Below are positions 24,996-37,490 of a stretch of DNA of 64,000 nucleotides, piece after piece. How positions within the stretch are numbered: position 1 is the first letter of the stretch; each line of letters starts with the position of its first letter. This DNA is from Takakia lepidozioides. Lineage: Eukaryota > Plantae > Bryophyta. Location of the stretch: NCBI GenBank assembly GCA_030704615.1, contig CM060731.1, positions 6,386,001-6,450,000 on the forward strand, written 5' to 3'. The notes under the pieces were generated by a model. It was not told the DNA's origin and searched no databases. It saw only the letters and a list, made by a program, of their open reading frames with translations. The translations under genes were made by a program, and so were the position numbers.

Positions 24996-26221
24996 CTATC
25001 CAAATGCCGGGAAATAAATAAATATTTTTATTTTTATTTTTATTTTTTTGAATTCTCATGGGCCTTACACCCCCTTAATCCCCAGCCCTATTTCCCTCCG
25101 CGAACATAGCAGTTCGCTAAGGGTTAGGGTTAGGGTTTGATGGTACGATTTGCAGTGTTTCCCCGGTTTGCCGTGTTTCTGCTGTAATGACGTCACCTCA
25201 CAGGCTCCTGGGCTCGCGTGGCTAGGCTCACACTCTAGCATTCCCCGTGTGAAATATTCCGGGACCGAGTATCCGAATACCTTGAGTTCCCTTGCTGTAA
25301 CTGACATGAAGTAGCTCCCTATGCCTGCAGAATCATCACATCTTCAAATGACAGCATTTTCGTTGTTGAATTCGTGAGCATAGAAAAAACATCACTTCGA
25401 CCAATCACATGTTGCACTGTTGAGGTAATATAACACTTTGGCAGTCGGCTGGAGAACCAGGACGATGCTGAAGTCCGCTTTTCGAACCACGAGTGATCAC
25501 GCGACAGATCTCTGCCTCTACCACCATTGAGAACCACAACGAGCCGAGTGCATCCAGATTTCAATCAACCACAAGGTGGCCATCAGTTGGACAGGAAAGG
25601 AATTTCGAAGACGCCAAAATTACTTCAATCCATTTGAAGAGAGATTTTAACAGAGCTTCACAATCCGCTCAGGAACAAATGAGACGACCATCGTGGGAGC
25701 TTGAATTACGAGATAGGAACCTGAATTCAATCATAGACGATGATCGTGTCACTTGTTCCCCTTCGTAATATGAAAACATCGGAAAATTTCTTCTCCTCTT
25801 CCAGCCTCCAGCCTGATCTGTTATTGCTTAAACTGACAATGAAGTCAACTTGTTTTGATACATCTGATAGCATTGTTGATCCATGATAGCTCCACAAGAG
25901 GATATATGAAGGAACCACGCGCGATCACGCCTGCTTTCTCTCAAACTTCGATGACTAACATTACAGCCGAAAGGATCTGGCATAACATCGACAGAGTTAA
26001 ATAACGTATGTGTGTAATGAACAGGCCGGCCATAGTTTAATTCATCAATAACACAGAGTTGCTTCCCAAACGGCTCACACTCAACGCATATGTTCGAGAT
26101 CGCCGTCGGTTACCACTGATGGCGGAATTCTGTGCACCCGAGGAGATGGAACAAACGAAAAAGTACAAATGCACGTTGAAGTAAAGCTGACGGACTACAC
26201 ACAAAATAGAGCAATGATAAA

Positions 26222-27013
26222 CTACGTACCCAGATAATCGGGATCTTTTTGAGGGGGGTGCCAAGCAGAAACATCAATAAATCTTCCAAACCAGGACCAG
26301 TAGATGTGATTTTCACCTATCGGAGGGCAGGAAGATTTGTAGGAGTTCTTGCCGACGTAATCAACAACAGACTGGGCTCCAATCAAGCCAGAGAGAAAAT
26401 GCCACAAAGCTTTAGTGAGGTCAACCAGATCCTCCAAATTGCTTGATTCATTGAATGTGACGGGGAAGACTCCAATATTCATTGGGTTCCAGAGTGCCTT
26501 GGAAGGGTCATCGTCGACTAGTAGAATTTGCCCCTGCCTAGCAAAGTCTTTCCCACTAAATTTTACGAGAATACTCTTAATATCTTTAATAAGATATTTC
26601 ATTCCAGGCTTAATATGTCCAGCTGTATCTGTGCAATGCTCGGCAAACCATATGAAACGAAATTGTTTCATAATTTCCGGAGGAACGAAACACCCCAACA
26701 TCTTGAATACAATATCCATCTCAGAGCAAGACCAAATCGCTACATGAAAATGAGTCAATGCAAGTCGAAGAAACTCCAGCACTCCAAGTCTTGGAACTAC
26801 AAATGGTCTTGCGGGCACCCGAATTGTTACTTTCCTCAAGTGGAACCTCTGTTTAAACAACTCACCTCCTGTAGGAGGTGGCCTGTAGCAAAGAAGTCCA
26901 TTGACACTCAGTACCAGCAACATGCGTTTGTGTTTCCGGACACCACACATTTCTTGAGTAACAACGTTCTGAACCATCCAAAAGAGCCCATTAGTTTCTG
27001 TTATCTGACCCAA
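26222..27013 (-). CDS. NIF/FCP1-homology (HAD-like) domain protein, catalytic DxDxT absent
   Basis: LLVLSVNGLL, RLGVLEFL..FHVAIWSCS, FIWFAEHC, IKDIK, LLVDDDPSKALWNP follow the NIF-domain motif order; 263 codons open. Confidence 0.75.
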   Translation of the reverse strand: MGQITETNGLFWMVQNVVTQEMCGVRKHKRMLLVLSVNGLLCYRPPPTGGELFKQRFHLRKVTIRVPARPFVVPRLGVLEFLRLALTHFHVAIWSCSEMDIVFKMLGCFVPPEIMKQFRFIWFAEHCTDTAGHIKPGMKYLIKDIKSILVKFSGKDFARQGQILLVDDDPSKALWNPMNIGVFPVTFNESSNLEDLVDLTKALWHFLSGLIGAQSVVDYVGKNSYKSSCPPIGENHIYWSWFGRFIDVSAWHPPQKDPDYLGT

Positions 27014-28019
27014 AAATTAGGCATTTCCAATACATTTTGCAACTCAAAAAATGCCACGACATACTTGCGTTTTGTGGTTTACCTCGTTTCCATACCCTGA
27101 TTTTCAAATGGAATATTTTGCTAAGGTAATATTTTCAGCATTATGACATCTAATTGAGACTTGAGACAAAAAATCACAATCGGAAGTCTCTGAGTTTCTT
27201 GCAACCACGCGCGATCGCGCGAGGTTACTTTGTGAAAGTTGTGTCGACAATGTAAATGATATATGTAATGATTACTAAGAAGCCATAACCAATAAGACAG
27301 AGGACCGAGTGAAGGAGATACTTATTACATTTGCTAGATTTACCCTCCGATTCTGAGGCGGGTTACCACTGGAGGCAAGTGAATGTTGAAGGGATAACAG
27401 AATGCCAGATGCTGTTTTTTCATCGTCAGACGCGACCGCCTTTGACTGCTGTGATCTGCGACGTTTCCTTGACACAGGACCATCCGGAATTCTGGGGGGT
27501 TGGGGATGTGCAGAAATATTTGCCGGTCTTGTCGGTGTGCTGACCTCAGTCGGCGAATGAGTGAGTTCAATAACCTTCTCGTTGACGGTTGGCAATGGAA
27601 TTCAGTTTCTTTCTTTCTGCACATCTTGAACCGAATTCAAACGGGAAAAAATGGATTACCTTGGAATACAACCCCTTAGAAGTTGCCGCTTCACAGGAAG
27701 GTCATACGTTGCAGCTTTTCTGGCCTGGAGTAAAGAGAGAAAATCAGAGGATGAACAGAAACACGGTAACAATAAAACGCATGGAAGAAACTGCTCCTTG
27801 GAGCCGTCCTTCTCCCAACACTTTCCACCAGACGCCGTCACGGGGGATCTACATGAGTCTACCGAACAATTGGTTGCAACTATCGCTCAACTACCTCCTC
27901 ATCATGTCGTAATTCCAAGCGGGTCACCGGATCACGAGGGCTGGACACCTCAGCCGCTGAGAAGTCTGCTCTCCCCGCAGATAGTGCCGATGCATCGTCA
28001 CTCTCACAGAGTCTAGCTG

Positions 28020-29937
28020 CTAGTCTGAACACAGCAGCTGGCCGAATCTCCGGCATTTATTGGTCATTGTAGAAAACGATGGAGCTTGGCAAACAGCCGT
28101 AGCCGCCCCCAACAATGTACTGGCTGCACCTTGCTTTGCAGCACCACCCACTGGCATTTCCTGAGCCATACCTACTCTCCCCAAAGACACTCGTGGCTCT
28201 ACCTCTGACACACTTGGGCGAGCGGGTGTCATCAATGGCGTAGTTGGCACTGTCTTTGCCAATGTAAAGGACTGTGGAAGCCTTATCTGACGACTTGCTT
28301 CCCCCCCTTTGTGGATCAAAATCCACATCCGCTCCTCTTGGCTCAGGAACACGCGTTGCTGCTCGAGTGACAGCAGCAGCAGAGTCTAATACATGCAATG
28401 GCCCAACAAGTGCGGCTCCACACATAAAGCACATACCAATCTGGACTTCCCTGGGCATAGTAGGTTGTGCAGGTGGGGCTTGAACCTCAGGCCTTGGAGC
28501 TGGCGCAACATGAGTAGTGGCCATGGCAGCAAGACGTTGCTCTAGCTGGGCAAGTCTGTCCCCCATGCCTTGGTCATGACCTTGACCCTGACCCTGTGCT
28601 ATTTGGTTTTGGTTACGACCTCCGGACTACATTGCCTCGTCCTCGGCCACCATTGTTCCCTTGGAACTGGCCTGGCCGTAGTTCGTGCAAGTCATAACAA
28701 TGGGCCTCATCATGCCCATACTTGCCACAATGCCCACACTGTAATTGTGTAGGCTGTGCCTGTGTCGGCCCTTTGCCTCTCTCCGGGCAATCCTTATTGA
28801 CATGGGATCCTCCACAATCCTAACATGACACACTCGTCTGTTGCTGGCCTGAGAATGAAGGGAGAGACCTCTGAATCTGAGATCCTCTCTGGCCTTCCCT
28901 AGGCTTCATCTGAGCCCCTTTGTTGCGTTGAGCACGTTGGTGGGTTGGTTGTAGTTAGCTAGGAGCCCCACTTCGTTGTGCTTCCTTGCCAAACCCCACC
29001 ACGACCACTTGCTCCTCCACCATATTGAGCTCTATCCGCTCTGCTAACAAAAACACATTTGCTAAGGAGGGTTGGGCCACTTATAAGAGATGCACCCTTC
29101 TCCTTAGCTCCTTATCCAATATCCTATACCAGAATTGGACTGCCTGAGCTTCTGTAACCCCTTGGGTTACACTTATCAAACGCCTCATGCGAGTGTAAGC
29201 CTCCCTCAGACTCTCAGTAGGCCTTCGTTGGAACTCTTGCAAGCTCCGCAACTTCTCTGTCTTCATCCCTTGGTAATTTCTTCTCAACTCCTCGAAGAAC
29301 TCCACAACTGGGTTAAAGACTGGCACGGGTGCTGGTGCTGCAACAGGAGCTTGAGTGGATTTTCCAGCTCCTGCACCACTTGTCCCACTACTAGTGCTTG
29401 CAGTTGAGGATGTTGGTGTAGCTGCTGGTGTCACCGCTGCCCTTGTGCCTCTAATGATAGAGACATAGTTAGGTGATCAATACTCTCACCACTCCTCAAT
29501 CTCCACCGCATGTCCCTGCCTAAATTCAAGGTAATCATCCATGGGTGGCCCCTCAAGGTGCTAGAATAGCCCCTTCTACGCCATAAAAGACATAAACAGT
29601 TGTGGATTGCGCATTTGCTATAAATCACACCAACTGTCAAACTCCTGTATGAAGTCATCAAGCTCGATGGTGCCCACAGCTCCAGAGTACCTACGTGGCC
29701 CTTTGATAGCTCCACATATCTCCTCCATCGTGTCCCACAACAATGGCACGAAAATGGCTTGCACCCTCGGTGAGAATAATCCTGACTCCGAGTCTGAACC
29801 TTCCTCAGAAGACACTGAAGGCGAAGGTGGCCTAAACCGCACACCTCGTCTTGTGTACCCACTAGTATCACTGGTACTCGTACCGACACTCCCCTCAGCA
29901 ACTGGTGGCACCTCCGTGATGAAAACTCACAACCCAA
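28020..29937 (-). pseudogene. Retrotransposon gag remnant (fuller copy)
   Basis: GYTRRGVRFRPPSP, LDDFIQEFDSWCD, LQEFQRRPTESLREAYTRMRRL, degenerate zinc knuckles; several stops and frameshifts. Confidence 0.82.
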
Positions 29938-30222
29938 CCGGTTGTCAACCTGTCTCTAATCCCCACGTTCCACAAGGTAACCGGGTAGAGACCCCAGAAT
30001 GCTCTCATCCCACCACTCTCCCTCCTGTCTCTATCCACTCGCTTGTATGGCCGTAGCAAGTATCCTTCAAGAGCTCTTCAAAATTGTCCACCAAAGCTCC
30101 ACGAAGGGTCCTCCAATATTCCTCCAAGGACCCCAAAGATCCTCCAAACACTCCTCCAATGGCCCTCAAATATCTTCCAAACAATCCTCCAAAGGCCCTT
30201 AAATTTCACTAAGTCCTTTCAA

Positions 30223-31971
30223 TGTTGATACCTTAACAGAGGTATAGTCTGAGGTTGCTAGGGTCCCTTATGTTGATGATATCTTTATGAGGTATAGTCT
30301 GAAAATGAGGGTTCTGTTTGGTATACTAACAGAGGTATAGTCTGAGCCGATTATGATTCACATATGGTGATACCTCAACAGAGGTATAGTCTGAGCTGAT
30401 TAGGGTTCACATATGGTAATACTTCAACAGAGGTATTGTCAAAGGGACAAGCTCCTGTTTGGTATACTAACAGAGGTATAGTCTGAGCATACACTACTAG
30501 GGTTTGTAATGAAGAGTTAGAATGCAAGTCCTTGACTTCTATGCTTCTACTCAAGCAAAAATATGGTCTCTAGGTGGTGATAAGAGGCATCTTCTTGCTC
30601 TCTTCCACCCCAATGTACAACCAAGAGTGGTCCAACTCAACTTGCAAGTCATTGGCCACCAAATCAATCCCCCTTCTAGTCCTTGGGATTTGATTGCAAA
30701 CTACCATATCTCCATTGCCGAGCAATCATGCATTTGTCTCCTCATCACTTGACAATTGCTCCAAATCAACACAAATTATCTTAATGTGTAGGAGCAATGC
30801 TTGTCACTCACAATAATGCTCCCAAGCAGTTTGCCTTGGATCCCACTCTCACGCCATATGCCTTCATTGGGGTCTTGCACCAATCCATTATCCATGTGCT
30901 CCCCTTGGTCATTTGAATGCATATTCCATGACCTCTTGGCATATATGTTGTTCTCCTTCATTGTAACATGAATCAACATCTCTCCACTTCACACACAAAT
31001 GGATCTCAAGGCCTTCACCTCTTGTTAGTTCAAGAGCTCCCATTCTCAAACTTGAACTTACAAACTCAAGAGAACATGCTCCACATATGCACAACTTGCT
31101 TGGTCAACTATCCACCACAAAGCTCACACTACCAAGAGCATGAATAGCCAAGTATTGTCTCCCCCTCTTGTCACATTACATAGTGAGGGTGAAGCTATGC
31201 ATACATTGAGTGATGATCTCCCTTCAAGGATTTCCCACCATATGTTCTCCAAGCCCTTTCAATGGCGCCCTAAGCTTGGCTCCTCACCACCATGATTGAA
31301 AGATTTCTTCACATGCTCCCTTTCAAAACCTCTTAAGCTTCTTAGTGCTCTCCAAGTGCTTGCCCTTGTTGTCTTCAAGCCCAAGCCTATGTAGCTCCTT
31401 GGCTTCTCTTCAACAACATCCACACTTTGAACTTGCTTAACCCTAGCTTGATAGTGAAATGAGCAGTAACAAGCCTTTAGTCACTCTCCATAAGCCATGA
31501 CACACACCATTGACTCCATAATGCATATAAAGGATTCTCAAACCCTAGAATCCATGCTTCCACACACGCAAGACTTCATCCTTGTAATCCTTGCAAAATC
31601 TTGTGACTCAAGAGTTTTCTTCTCAAGCTCTCTAACTCCTTGGTGCATGCAACACTTGAGCAACATTCCTTGCAACCCCTTGCAACCCCTTGCAAGCCTT
31701 GTGATACAAGAGCTAAATTCTCCTAGCACTCAACTTCTTTAACATACAAGTGCAAAACTAATCCTTACACTCCGCACTCACAAACATAAGGTGATCTTCT
31801 TGTAGTGATAAGAGATGAGAGAAGTGGAAGACAATGAGAACTCTCTAAGAATGAAGCAATCACACTAAGAACAAGCCCTAGTCCTTCCAAGTGAAATCCA
31901 CTCTATCACATAAACTAAGTCAAGCCAAAGGCACCTTTGCTAAAGGAAACCACCCTACAAAGCCCTCAACA
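30223..31971 (-). mobile_element. ~1.75-kb LTR, Copia-type (3' LTR with PPT)
   Basis: Minus strand reads PPT TTGAGGGGGAGTG, then TGTTGA(31971)...TCAACA(30223), a perfect 6-bp terminal inverted repeat. Confidence 0.6.
30227..30486. repeat. Six spaced copies of a ~26-bp hairpin repeat
   Basis: atac(c/t)(t)caacagaggtatagtctgag-like units with a period of 44-49 bp. Confidence 0.85.
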
Positions 31972-32100
31972 CACTCCCCCTCAATACCTAGAGCTATGGA
32001 GGTGAGAGAGGCTCAGGAAGGCTCAACTACAAGAAGATGAGCTCTCCTCCACACTCACAAGGGGAAAACCCATCCCCATGTCCCAAGTGAGGCTTGACAC

Positions 32101-33367
32101 CACTACTACGTTTAAGGGGGGTTAGTGACGTCAGGACCCCGGGCGCGCTGGACGCGCCGACCCCCCTGCGACTGCAACATCGCACATGCGCCCGACTCGG
32201 GACTTGCGACGTCGGGGCGTCGTAACGCCGGCGCTCGGACGACGTTGTGGCATCTTGCACTGCCATGCCGTTGCCGGAAAGGGGCCTGACCCCATTCCCC
32301 CGCCAACGCACTGGGAGGGGTTGTGACGCCCTGGCGTCGCAACAATTTGCTGCGACGCCACCGGGATGCTGCGACGTCGGGGAATCGCAACGAGGCGTCG
32401 CAGCCCAGCGACGGCCGGGCGCTCCTGTGACAGCGGGGAATCGCAATGCCCGGAAAAAACACGATTCCCCGCCGTCGCATGAGTGCCTGGCCGTCGCAAA
32501 TGCGTTGCTGGGGCTGCGGCGTCCTGGGGGCGTCGCGGAAAATTGATTCTGGGAGTAGATTGTAGAGCATAATGGGCTTCGCATCCTCAGACTATAGCCA
32601 TTGTCCAACAATAAGCTGCAATGCAACTTTGCAAAACTTAGGTCATTGATAGATATTTGTTCTTGAATAACTCTGGGGACAAGTCTCGGTACAAGTTCCA
32701 GCTGTGAGAGCTCATGTAGAATACGCATAATCTGCATCACAATGATAGGATTGAGATAGTGGTAGTCACTAGGAGCTAACTCTTGATATATATATATATA
32801 CTTGGATTGCTTTTGAGATACATAGATGTATTGTAGATTTGTTGGTTAGTGTGCAATGTCTTAGAAATGTTATAATGTGGAGGTCCTAGGTTCAAATATG
32901 CATTGCCTAATATATGTAGAACAATGCATGAACTGCCATTGGACAAAACCGGAATCAATGGTCAACGCCGAGTCAATGGTCAACTGGTTTTTGAAATTTC
33001 AAAATTCAAATTCAAATTCAAATTTTCCTACCTAAATTCAAATGTATCCTAACTGTGACGTCTGGGGGTCGCATTTACGACCCTCGGACGTCTCTAATGC
33101 GACGTCGCAGAATTATTTATTTATTTTGCGATGCCCGGACGTCGCAAGTCGCACCGGCGCCGCGGCCGGGGGGTCTCGGGGGGTTTGCGATTCCCCGACG
33201 ATGCTAATTAGCGACGTTCCAGGAGTGACGTCGCTGCGACGTCTATGCGACGTCTCGACGTCGCAAAATGCCCCCGGCGCGCCTCTGGCGCCGTAGAGTA
33301 TTTCCGTCGCTAATCGCGACGGTTGGAGGTCGCTGGGGCATCGCTAACCCCCCCAAACGTAGTAGTG
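32101..33367. mobile_element. Non-autonomous CACTA (En/Spm) transposon
   Basis: TIRs CACTACTACGTTT...AAACGTAGTAGTG; 3-bp TSD CAC (32098-32100 and 33368-33370); many subterminal tgcgacg/cgtcgca repeats. Confidence 0.95.
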
Positions 33368-33499
33368 CACCTCACTTGACATGTGAGACCAAATGAAGTC
33401 CCAACACGCCACAAATATAAATATCCAAAATGTCCTAATTAACTAGAAGTAGGTAATTCTAGTTAACCATGAGTAAAACCATGACACTTTTTTGTTTAC

Positions 33500-36400
33500 A
33501 GAAAGTTCTCCATCAAGAAACTTCCATTGGGGAAGCTTTTTAGGGAACTTCCTAGTAGCTAGTACATATAGAAGGTGAGACTGGGCACTTCTCAGTCTCG
33601 CCAACACAAACTCTTGTTTCTAGTCCCAGTACCCAGTTCAGCTTCTAGTACTCTAGCCCAGCTTCCAGTATCTGGCACAAGTACGATTGTTCTTACGACT
33701 ATATCCACAACGCTACCCCGATGAAGGTATTCAAGTGGGATTCGTGGGCACCTTTCTATCAGGCACTACCCTATCTTGGTTTGCACCGCTGTTAGGAGAA
33801 AAATTCACATTTGCTATACAATTTCGAAGCGTTCATGTCGGAGTTCACTGCAACTTTTGAAGACTATGATAGAGAACGAGTTGTAGAGACAAATATGCAA
33901 AATCTACGTCAAGGAGCGCGTCCTGCTTTCGTTTATGCTGCCGAATCTCGACAACTTGCATGCGACCTCGACTGGAATGTGAAGAGCCTCATTAGTCAGT
34001 TTTGATGTGGACTAAAAGATGATGTGAAAGATTTGTTGCTGACAATGCCAAACGTGAGTACACTAAGTGAATTCATCACCCAAGTCATTACATGCGATAA
34101 TCGTTTGTTCGAAAGACGTCAAGAAAAACGATATGGATGGTCGATGATACATCATGCGGCTCCTACTACGGCACCAAACACATTAATCCATCAGACATCC
34201 GGTAGTGATCCTATGCAGATCGATGCTGTCCGATTCAAGGCAACAAGAAAAACAATGACTGCGCTCAAACGGTTTATGTCTCTATTGCGGAGAAGAAGAT
34301 CACATAACATTAAACCGCCCCAACAACAGAAGATTCAAAGCTCGGGGTGCAACTCCAGTGGTAGATACGAGAAGGTTGGAAAACGAAGATGTCCAGTCAC
34401 AATAGGGACTATGCGGCTGGACACCACCAATTCTGCACCTAAAAAAGATTTTTTTCTACCTCCAGACCCTGTACCTTGTTTCACAGCTCCAGTTTATATC
34501 AGGATGCAAAATCGAGATATCTCCACAGAAGCACTTTTGGACTCGGGCGCTTCAGCGTATTTTATTGACAAAGACGTTGCAAAGCAACACAATTTAACGC
34601 TCGTAAGAAAGAAATGCCCAGCCCCTATTGAAGTCATCGATGGACGACCGTTAGCATCATGAAACATTGACCATGAAACTCAACCCCTTGAAGTGAAGCT
34701 TAAAAATCAAGCATCACAAATTGTTTTCAACGTCATCCAGTCTTCAACGAATCCTGTGATCCTTGGACTTCCCTGGTTTGTACTTCATAATCATGACATC
34801 GACTGGCGATCGCGAAAAAATTCGGCAAGACAGAAATGCAAAAGTACCAAGGGTATTGAACCCTTGTTTCTTGGAGCTAGAGCCTTCATGAGAGCTACAA
34901 AGAAGGACGCGACATTTGCACTTTATGCGACTCCGATCAAGACCACAACAGACCAAGGTACTTTGACATTACCCACTCAATATCAAGATTTCAAGGATGT
35001 CTTCGAGAAGAAAAATGCAGATATGTTGTCAGAACATCGACCTTATGATTGTACAATTGAATTGCAAGAAGGAGCCCAACCACCATTCGGCCCAATCTAC
35101 AATTTATCTCAGACGGAGTTGGCTGCTTTACGCGAATACATTGATGAAAATATCGAAGAATTTCATTTGACATTCGAAATAACCCGCGGGAGCACCTATC
35201 CTATTTGTGAAGAAGAAGAACGGATCGTTACGCATGTGCATGGTCGTGGGCTCATCAAAGTCACTATAAAACATCGTTACCCACTACCGCTAATTTTCGG
35301 ACTCATTGGTCGAGCAAATTTTCACAAAGATCATCTTGAGATGAGCCTACAACCTTAAGAAGGAGACAAATGGAAGACTGCTTTTCGCACAAGGTACGGA
35401 CATTTCGAATACAGTGTCATGTCTTTCGGTCTTATAAATGCTCCAGCAATTTTCCAACACATGATAAATGACATCTTTCGAGAATTTTTAGATAATTTTG
35501 TAGTCATCTATTTGGACGATATTTTGATATTTTCACTGAACGAAGAAGAACATGGTCGTCATGTATGCCTTGTCCGTGATAAATTGAGGAAAAGATGACT
35601 ATATGCCAAGTTGGAGAAATATTTTTTCCCATCAATTTGAAGTCGAATTTTTGGGCTACATCATTTCCGACAAATGAGTCTTTATGGATCAGAAGAAAAT
35701 ACAAACCATCATCGAGTGGATTAAACCAACTTCGGTTCGAGATGTACAATGTTTTCTGGGATTTGCAAATTTCTATAGAATCTTCATCAAAGACTACTCC
35801 AAAATTGCTGCACCATTGACACGACTCACAGGGAAAGACAAATTTGTATGAGACGAGAAAGCTGACTAGGCATTTGAAAGGCTGAAGCAGACATTTACAA
35901 CGGCTCCAATTCTGATACATGCAGACTCATTTAAACCATTCTTTTTAAAAACAGATGCATCGGACTTTGCACTTGACGCTATATTCTCTCAATACGGTAC
36001 GGATGACCGACTTCACCCTGTTGGTTTTCATTCTCGTAAATTTTCCGTTGCACAGATCAATTATGAAATCCATGACAAGGAACTTCTAGCGATCATCGAT
36101 GTTTTTGAGGAGTGACATCATCTATTGGAGGGAGCTAAACATCAGGTCACTTTCTACACCAATCACAAAAACCTCGAATATTTTATGAGTGCTCGTGTTT
36201 TGAATCGACGTCAAGCAAGATGAGGTATGTCACTAGCAATGTTTGATTTTATTATTACTTATCGCCCAAGACATCTTAAAGAGAAATCCGATGCTCTTTC
36301 TCGCTGAAAGAAGAAGATGCAGCTTTCGACCAATAGAAATCCATTATCTTGAAACCAACAAATCTCCAATTGAACATGCTATCTATGCCACCTATGACGA

Positions 36401-37490
36401 TGCAGAGATCATAAAGGAGATTCATGAAGCACTGAAGAGCGATCAATTTGCTACGACAATACGAAGTCAACTAAATCGACCTCGAGACAACGCACATGTT
36501 ACAAACGACTTCGAATTTAAAGACGGTTTGCTTTATTTCAATGGACTTATCTATGTACCTCCGGGACGTACACGACTCCGGATTCTTCAAACACGTCATG
36601 ATTTTCCGGCTGCAGGACATTTTGGCTTCAATTAACCAGAGAAGTGATATCCATGAACTATTGGTAGCCGTAAATGTGGAAACAACCGATTATCCGCAGA
36701 CGAATGGTCAAACCGAGCGCGTAAATCAGATTTTGGAGCAATATCTTCGCTGTACGATAAATTATCAACATGATAATTGGACGGACCTTTTGCCATTGGC
36801 TAAGTTTGCCTACAACAACACTACACATTCATCGACGAAGCAAACTCCATTTTTTTCCAATTATGGGCATCACCTTCGAGCCGACCCTCTTCACATGAAG
36901 ATTGTCGGAAGCCCTGCTGTAGAAAACCTTGTTACTCATCTTGCTATGGTTAAGGAGCTTATATTCCAACTAACAAAAGCTCAAAAACCATATAAGGAGT
37001 ATATAGATCAGAATCGACAAATTCAACCCAAGTTTAAGGTTGACAATCCTTCGACGGAACATCCAAACCATGCGACCATAAAAAAAAGTTGGATTATCAA
37101 CGCTTGGGACCATTAAACATTATTCGTCAAATTAATCCGGTCAGTTTTCGGCTTGAACTCCCACGAAGTATGCGCATCCACCCAGTCTTCCACGTCTCAT
37201 TATTAGAGTTGTATCATCATTCAAGTATTCCAGGGAGAGTTCATGTACACCTCCACTAATTGAAGTCAATCAGGAAATCGAGTATGAAGTCGACGAAGTC
37301 CTAGACTCTCGCATCAAGTACGGATGTTTTGAGTATTTCGTACATTGGAAAGGCTATGACATTAGCGAACGTACGTGAGAAACGTCATCCAATTTTGTCA
37401 ATGCACCTGACAAAGTCCAAGAGTTTCATCAACGATATCCAGCTAAGCCTCGAGTCACAGTCAATAAATCGTCACAACGATGATGTTAGT
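33500..37490 (+). mobile_element. Second Tcn1-like chromovirus copy: partial 5' LTR, gag, protease, RT, RNase H, deleted integrase, chromodomain; decayed
   Basis: [65 protein letters not shown]; collinear with 12945-15280. Confidence 0.93.

Noticed and set aside
30045-30058. GCTACGGCCATAC on the minus strand resembling a 5S rRNA start
   Set aside because: Match stops after 13 nt; no internal control region or 5S structure.
30227-30486. CRISPR array
   Set aside because: Eukaryotic LTR context, no cas genes, and spacers are short and homologous to each other.
32027-32740. 237-aa ORF
   Set aside because: Runs through CACTA subterminal repeats and across the element boundary.
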